A DNA stretch of 64,000 bases, taken from positions 1,824,001-1,888,000 of the forward strand of contig OY761158.1 of NCBI GenBank assembly GCA_963664405.1. Direction: 5' to 3'. This stretch comes from Thermoanaerobaculia bacterium. GTDB lineage: Bacteria > Acidobacteriota > Thermoanaerobaculia > Multivoradales > Multivoraceae. Every line of letters begins with the position of its first letter. The stretch's first letter is position 1. Shown piece after piece: positions 58,069-64,000 of this stretch. The translations under genes and the position numbers were made by a program. The notes below the pieces were generated by a model, which was not told the DNA's origin, did not search any database, and saw nothing but the letters and a program-made list of their open reading frames with translations.

Positions 58069-59621
58069 CTCGGGACCTCCTCGCTACGGGGCGCGTAGTA
58101 GCCGGCACCACGGACATTGTCGTGGTCCACGACACGCTGGGGCTCAGGCTCAGGCGGAAGTGGTTGCTGATCGAGGCCCGTACGCAAAATCGACTTGACG
58201 CTCTGGTAGGAGATCGAGCCGATCCGCAAGGCCCGCTTCGAAGCCGCCTCGAGTCGCTCTTGGCCATAGCGCTCGCCGAGGCGCATCAGACCCAGACACG
58301 AGCGAAAGCCCTGCTGCGGATGGGTCCGAGTGCGCAGGATCGCCTCGACGAGCTCCGCGGTCGACTCGCCGCTCTCCTCGGCCCACTTCACCAAGCGCAC
58401 CGGCGTCCATTCCAGGTACGCCTGGTGCGAGCGAGGCATGTGCTCTTTGAGAGTCGTATGGTGACCGAGTCGAGAGTCGCGGCAATGGGCAGCGACCCGC
58501 CTCGTTTTGCGGAAGATCTCGACCGTCTTTGCCGTCGAGCGCAGGTCGAGCTCCTCGCGGATCAGCTGGTACGGGACGCTGTAGTAGTGGCTCTCAAACT
58601 CGACGTGGTAGTCGATGCCGACTCGGACCTTCTTCCAGTCGGCAAATTCGTAGGGCTGGGCCGGGAGAGGCCTCAGTGCCTCCTTCTCGACCTGCTCAAA
58701 GAGATCCCGTCGCGAGACTTTCAGGATCTTCAGCGGGCGGTTATTCAGATCCTCGAGCCGCTCGCGAATCGCCGCATTCAGCTCGCCCAAGCTGAAGAAG
58801 GTCTGTTTGCGCAGACGGGCCAGGATCCAGCGCTCGACCTGCTGCACCGCATTCTCGACCTTGTCTCGAGGCTTGCGCACCCGAGCCGGCAAGATCGCCA
58901 GCGAGTAGTGGTTGGCCATCTCCTCATAGCTGCGATTGAGCCCCGGCTCGTACCAGCACGGACGCGGCACGGCCGTCTTAGGGTTATCCGGGACCACCAG
59001 CTCCGCCACCCCACCAAAATATTCGAAGGCCCTCCGGTGGGAGCCGATCCAGTCGGGAAGGGTCTGGCTCCCCGTCGCTTCGGCGTAGATGAGCTGGCTC
59101 GCTCCCAGCGCCGCGACAAAGATCTGCGCCTCATCAATCTCGCCACTCTCGCGATCTCGAATGTCGACCGTCTGGCCGGCGTAGTCGACAAAGACTCGTT
59201 CTCCGGCCTTGTGATCCTGGCGCAGCGGCATGTCTAGGCGACCCTCGTAGAGCCGGTACAGCTGACAGAATCGGCTGTAGCCGTAGCCCTCCGGATGCGC
59301 CTCGCGGTACTCCTGCCACAGCAAGGCCAGGGTCATGCCTTTGCGCCGAAGCTCTCGATGCATCTCTGCCCAGTCCGGCAAGGGTCTGGCCGAAATCCCT
59401 GCGGCAAGCTCCGTTGGGAAGAGCTTCGATTCGAGCGCCTCCTCGTCCATCCCTTCGACTTCATCCCAGCCTACGCCTGTGGCCTCAGCTCGCATCACGT
59501 AGTCGCCCACCGTGCCGTGGCCCAGCTTCAAACTCCGACCGATCTGCCGGTACGACAGACCCAAAACCCATCGCAGTCTCAATACGTCTCGTATCTTTCG
59601 CATCGCTGTCCTCGCTCGCAC
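58062..59621 (-). CDS. istA: IS21 transposase IstA
   Basis: MRKIRDVLRL, LLWQEY, HKAGERVFVDYAG, VPDN, RKPRDK.ENAV and HYYSVPY; GTG start with AAGGAGG SD. Confidence 0.93.
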   Translation of the reverse strand: MRARTAMRKIRDVLRLRWVLGLSYRQIGRSLKLGHGTVGDYVMRAEATGVGWDEVEGMDEEALESKLFPTELAAGISARPLPDWAEMHRELRRKGMTLALLWQEYREAHPEGYGYSRFCQLYRLYEGRLDMPLRQDHKAGERVFVDYAGQTVDIRDRESGEIDEAQIFVAALGASQLIYAEATGSQTLPDWIGSHRRAFEYFGGVAELVVPDNPKTAVPRPCWYEPGLNRSYEEMANHYSLAILPARVRKPRDKVENAVQQVERWILARLRKQTFFSLGELNAAIRERLEDLNNRPLKILKVSRRDLFEQVEKEALRPLPAQPYEFADWKKVRVGIDYHVEFESHYYSVPYQLIREELDLRSTAKTVEIFRKTRRVAAHCRDSRLGHHTTLKEHMPRSHQAYLEWTPVRLVKWAEESGESTAELVEAILRTRTHPQQGFRSCLGLMRLGERYGQERLEAASKRALRIGSISYQSVKSILRTGLDQQPLPPEPEPQRVVDHDNVRGAGYYAPRSEEVPRC

Positions 59622-60726
59622 CCTCTCGCCCTCCTTTGTGAAGGCAAGATCGACCCACGAGGACCACACCCGCGTCAACCCCGTCGAGGCGCCGGATTCC
59701 AATTCAATCCGGACACCCATTCCAATCCAATCTGGACACCGATTCCAATCGGCGGTCTCAACTGTCCGAATTCGATCGGAATCACTGTCCGATTCGAATC
59801 GGAATCGATGTCCGATTTCGATTGGATTCACTGTCCGGTTTCAACCGGTGCACGCACCAGCTGCTGGGTGGTGTTCCTCGCCGTTGCGTTTACGACAATT
59901 TGAGCGCCGCCGTTCGTCGCCGGGTGGGTTCTGAGCGCGTGCTGACGGATCGATTCAAAGCCCTTGTGAGCCACTACTTGTTCGAGGCTTGCTTCGCTCG
60001 TCCCGGTGAAGGTCACGACAAGGGGAGCGTGGAGTCTCGAGGCAAGGGCCTGCGCCTGGCTGAGATCTCGGCGTCGTTGCTCGGGTCGGTGGAGTCGAGC
60101 TGGCGCAGGAAGGGGCTCTCGAAATGGGAGGAGGAGCTTCAGGGCATGCTCGAGCTGCCGCAGTTCGCATTCGATCCCCGGCTGCCGGAAGTGGTGCGAG
60201 TCTCTCGCCAGGCGATGGTGCAAGTGGGCAAATCGACGTATTCGGTGCCGTCGAGGTGGAAGAATCTGCAGATCACGGCGCAGATCGGTGTCGAGGAGAT
60301 CACGTTTCAATGCCGCGATGAGGAGTTTCGCTGTGCTCGGATCCGCCGAGGGAAACGGGAGATCCGCTACTCCCACTACTTCGACGAGCTGTCCAGGAAG
60401 CCACAGGCCGTCCGCCAAGTGGCTCCTGAGCTCTTGGCAGAGCTCGGGGAGCCGTACCAAAAGCTCTGGAAGATGCTGGATTCTCGCTATGGAGCATTGG
60501 AGACAGCGAGGCTCTTTGCCAAGCTGTTGGGAGCCGTCATCGACCAGGGCCACGAGGACGTGGCGGCGGCACTCGAGGAGGCCTTCCTCGCCGGCCGCTT
60601 CAATCTGCTGGCTCTGCAGCTGCCTGTCGAGCCGGTCACCAATGAGATTCCCGAAGGCCTGAGAGAGCACGAGATCGAATCCGCTCGAGCTGCCGACTTC
60701 GACGCGCTCCTTGACGGGGCGGTGTC

Positions 60727-60912
60727 ATGAGCCGTGCCCTCCGCCGAGCGGTGATGCAGGAGAATCTGCGGACCTTGAAGCTTCCCTCGGTGCTTCGGGA
60801 CTACGAGGATCGAGCCCGACAGGCCCAGGACGGCCAGTGGGACTACGAGGACTTCCTGCGTGATCTCTGGACCCTTCGAACTGCTGATGGTTTCCTGACG
60901 GAGGCCTTCTAA
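60727..60912 (+). pseudogene. istB: truncated IstB of the outer IS21
   Basis: LRTLKLPSV..DYE..ARQA....WDYEDFLRDL, then unrelated sequence and an early stop. Confidence 0.8.
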
Positions 60913-61076
60913 ACTCTCCCTCCGAGCAGGGTCCGGGCTGTAGCCGCCTGTGGAAAACCGGTGGAAAAGAACCAAGAAAGGAGTTATGCTGATCGCTCGC
61001 CCATTGCGGTCTTCGGCTCTTGAGTTGCATAACGACGTTCTCTAGGTGCGCTGGTGAGGGGGGGGTAGTGTAGTCG

Positions 61077-63633
61077 ATGACGGAAGTACTCAGAAAGCGT
61101 GGCCCGCTGGTTACGAGCAGCCGGGAGACCCCAGCGCCAGACCTCCAGTGGGCGGAGCCCGGACGCGTTCGTGTCGCCGGCAAGTTTCTCCGGGACCAGT
61201 CCGACCAGAAGTTCTATATCAAGGGCGTGAGCTACGGTGCTTTTCGCCCCGATGCAGAAGGCAACGAGTATCACGATGAAGATCTCATCTACAGAGACTT
61301 CGAGCAGATGGCCGCGGCCGGGTTCAACACGGTCCGCATCCCGCACACGATTCCGCCTCGAGCACTTCTCGACATCGCCAGCGAGCACCGACTCAAAGTC
61401 ATGGTCGGAGTCTCGGCCGAACAGTATGTCGGGTATCTGATCGACAAAACCAAGAAGTTCTCTCTCCAGAACACGATCCTTCGTAGCGTCGAGCCGTGTG
61501 CTGGACACCCGGCCCTGCTCTGCTACGGCATCGGTAACGAGATCCAGGCACCCCTCGCGCGCTGGATCGGCCGCCGCAGGATCGAGCGCTACCTTCGGCG
61601 GGTCGCAAGAATCGTCCGGGATGTGGACCCAGATTCACTCCTCACCTACGTGAACTACCCGTCTACAGAGTACCTGGAGCTTCCCTTTCTCGATTTTCTC
61701 TCTTTCAACGTCTACCTGGAGGACCGGGAGCCGTTCGAAGACTACCTTGCGCGGCTTCAGATCCTGGCCGGCAATCAGCCGCTACTCGTCTCGGAGCTCG
61801 GTCTCGATAGCCTGCGCAACGGCGAGCTCGGTCAGGCCGGTTTCATCGACTGGCAGCTCCAGTCCGTGTTCGATGCCGGTTGTCTCGGAGCAGTGATCTT
61901 CTCGTGGACGGACGAATGGTATCGCGGGGGGGGGGGACGTTCATGATTGGAAGTTCGGCCTGACCACAGAGCAGCGGCGCCCGAAGTCCGCCCTGGCTGT
62001 CGCTTCACGCTCCCTTGCCAGGTTGCCTCCGGGGAACCCTTTCGACTGCCCTACAGTCTCGGTCGTAGTCTGCACCTATAACGGTGCTGTCTCGATACGA
62101 GAGTGCCTCGACGGGATCCTGCTGCTCGACTACCCGCACTTCGAGGTCATCGTTGTCGACGATGGATCAACGGACGAGACGCCTCATATCCTCGACGATT
62201 ACGACGTCCGAGTCATTCGCACCGAGAATCGCGGGCTTTCCCACGCTCGCAACACCGGCTTGGAAGCCGCTAGCGGCAGCATCGTTGCCTACATCGACGA
62301 CGATGCGTACCCGGATCGGGACTGGCTCACCTACCTGGTGCAGGCCTTCGAGAAGGGAGGCTTCGCAGCCATCGGCGGCCCCAACGTTTCGCCCGAAGGA
62401 GATGGCTTCACAGCCGACTGCGTCGCCCGAGCTCCGGGTGGTCCGTCCCACATTCTGTTGAATGATCGTACAGCGGAGCACATCCCGGGCTGCAACATGG
62501 CCTTCCGGCGCTCCTGTCTCGACACCATCGGCGGATTCGACCCGCAGTTCCGCAAGGCGGGGGACGACGTCGACGTCTGCTGGCGAATCTTGGAGCAGGG
62601 ATGGCAGATCGGGTTCAGTCCGGCTGCTCTGGTCTGGCATCACTCCCGGCGCTCGGTTCGAGCTTATTGGAAGCAGCAGTCGGGATACGGTGAAGCCGAG
62701 GCCCTTCTCGAGCCCAAGTGGCCGGACAAATACAACGAGCTGGGTCATGCGAAATGGCTCGGGAAAGTGTACAGCCTCGGACTCCCACGGCCGTTGTCCT
62801 TCAGGAAGACCCGCGTGTACCACGGGGTCTGGGGCACGGCGCCGTTTCAACACTTACATCGCCCTCAGCCGGGGCCACTTCTCTCGCTCCTGCTTGCGCC
62901 GGAGTTCCATCTCGCCACGCTCCTTCTCGCCAGCCTCAGCGTGCTCGGAATCTGGTGGCGGCCTTTGCTGCTCTGCGTACCCTTGCTTGCCATGGCGATC
63001 GGGCTCACGGCGCTCCAAGCCCTGCTCGGCGCGCGCCAGGCGGTCGAGGCGACATCTCGAGCGAAGGGGTGGAAGCGGGGTTGCGAGATGTTGGTGACCG
63101 CCGGGCTACACGCTCTCCATCCTCTCGCGCGCCTCACCGGTCGGCTGCGCTTCGGCCTGACCCCCTGGCGGTTGCGGGGAGGCCGCAGATCAGGATTCTC
63201 GCCCTTCCCCTTCTCTCTCGCTCGATGGACCGAGTCGTGGAAGGATCCTGCGCGGAGGCTCGAGGATGTCGAAGGTTACCTACGCGACCGCGGTGCGCTC
63301 GTTTGGAGAGGAGGTAGTTTCGATCGATTCGACATCCAGGTGAGCTGTGGGCTCGCGGGCAAAGCCCGTTGCCTGATGATCTGCGAGGACCAGGGATCCG
63401 GGACCCAACTACTGCGCTTCCGCGCCTGGCCACTTTCGTCTCTACCAACAATTGGCGCCATGTTGTCTCTGTTCGCGCTGGGCGGACTCGCGATCTTCGA
63501 CGGGGCGGTCGTCTCGGGAGCTGTACTCTGGGGGATGGGTGTTCTCCTCGGGGCGCTGCGCTACGTCTGCCTCGGGTCGGCGATGTCTCTGTTGCGAGAG
63601 GCGGGCAGGCACGAGGTCGAGACCGCGGACTGA
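61077..63633 (+). CDS. glycoside-hydrolase TIM-barrel (GH2/GH-A-like) + GT2 fusion with C-terminal TM region; frameshifted in a G11 tract (61926-61936)
   Basis: KGVSYG.F, GFNTVRI, IGNE, TYVNYP.TEYL, SELGLDS, FSWTDEW; then VSVVVCTYN, VDDGSTD, IDDDAYP, HIPGCNMAFR and AGDDVD. G10 would restore WYRGGGDVHDWKFGLT. Confidence 0.85.
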
Positions 63634-63636
63634 TTC

Positions 63637-64000
63637 TTGAGAATCATCGTCACCGGGCTGATCGCTCAGCACCCCACGCTCGGCGGGGTCGCTTGGGACT
63701 ACGTGCAATACCCGGTCGGGCTGTCGAGACTGGGGCACGATGTCTACTACTTTGAAGATTCGGGCGAGTGGCCGTACCGCGCCGACGGGGGGCCTTCCGG
63801 CACAGATTGGGTCGCTCGGGACTGTGCGGAGAATGTTGGCCATCTGGCTCGCGTCATGGGGCAGTTCGGGCTCGAAGGACGTTGGGCCTACCGATTTCCA
63901 ATCGATGGTGATTGGTTCGGTCTGTCGGACTCCAAGCGGCGTGAAGTCACCGAGACGGCAGACCTCGTGATCAACGTGTCCGGCACATTGGAGCATCCAG
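63637..64000 (+). CDS. putative GT-B-like protein (partial, runs off the window)
   Basis: TTG start; RIIVTGLIAQHPTLGGVAWDYVQYPVGLSRLGHDVYYFED...ADLVINVSG, open to the window end. Confidence 0.7.
   Translation, partial: MRIIVTGLIAQHPTLGGVAWDYVQYPVGLSRLGHDVYYFEDSGEWPYRADGGPSGTDWVARDCAENVGHLARVMGQFGLEGRWAYRFPIDGDWFGLSDSKRREVTETADLVINVSGTLEHP

Larger units (their letters stand above)
56970..59856 (-). mobile_element. inner, apparently intact IS21-family element (2887 bp)
   Basis: TGCGTATTCCG... / ...CCGGTGCACGCA ends; 5-bp TSD CCAGC (56965-56969, 59857-59861); multiple subterminal repeats at 59690-59850. Confidence 0.92.
56426..60730 (+). pseudogene. istA: IS21 transposase IstA split by the inner IS21
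   Basis: HTH SRNTVRKYL, PGEEAQVDF, FLDGHVRAF | QLLGGVPRRCVYDN, GHDKGSVES and YSVP; rejoins in frame across the CCAGC TSD. Confidence 0.88.
56317..60868 (+). mobile_element. outer IS21-family element (disrupted istA, truncated istB, right end missing)
   Basis: TG end with repeated AAGTGAGCCAC; istA 56426-56969 plus 59862-60730; istB start 60727. Confidence 0.85.

Noticed and set aside
59622-59831. 70-aa N-terminal extension of istA in the ORF track
   Set aside because: It runs through the IS terminal repeats; GTG 59621 has a strong SD.
59690-59850. Short tandem-like repeats resembling a CRISPR or iteron array
   Set aside because: They are degenerate subterminal repeats at the IS21 end, with no unique spacers and no cas genes.
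1-64000. tRNA, rRNA, riboswitch, phage or anti-phage defence genes
   Set aside because: None recognised by eye. Covariance-model and HMM searches were not possible, so small RNAs could have been missed.

Overview
GC-rich bacterial chromosomal window. Gene content and style suggest an Acidobacteriota/Thermoanaerobaculia-like or similar environmental organism (inference only). About 48 kb is ordinary metabolic, transport and signalling content: acyl-CoA ligase, radical SAM protein, SorAB-like sulfite oxidase plus cytochrome c, ppdK, pheA, lhgO, acyl-CoA dehydrogenase, thiolase, folD, a 1.65-kaa GGDEF-AAA-HEAT-REC-GGDEF-EAL protein and a Yej-like peptide ABC importer. From about 46.4 kb there is a surface-glycan cluster (arylsulfotransferase, two ABC exporters, GT2s, pyruvyltransferase, two sulfotransferases, a GH-GT2 fusion) broken by nested IS21 elements. 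Two near-identical 1944-bp IS30/IS3 chimeric transposons with 3-bp target duplications disrupt two genes. The most striking unexplained signal is a set of six roughly 160-bp (or deleted) palindromic elements inserted at C-TA-G/C-TA-A sites. Three sit in frame, in the sense orientation, inside the N-terminal signal peptides of exported proteins; others sit exactly on TAG stop codons. Two subfamilies with unrelated terminal repeats share the same covarying hairpin core, and nearly all TIR mismatches are G-U compatible on one strand only. This suggests a translation-neutral MITE carrying a conserved structured RNA or ssDNA. All calls come from reading the sequence and recognising motifs; no database search was run.
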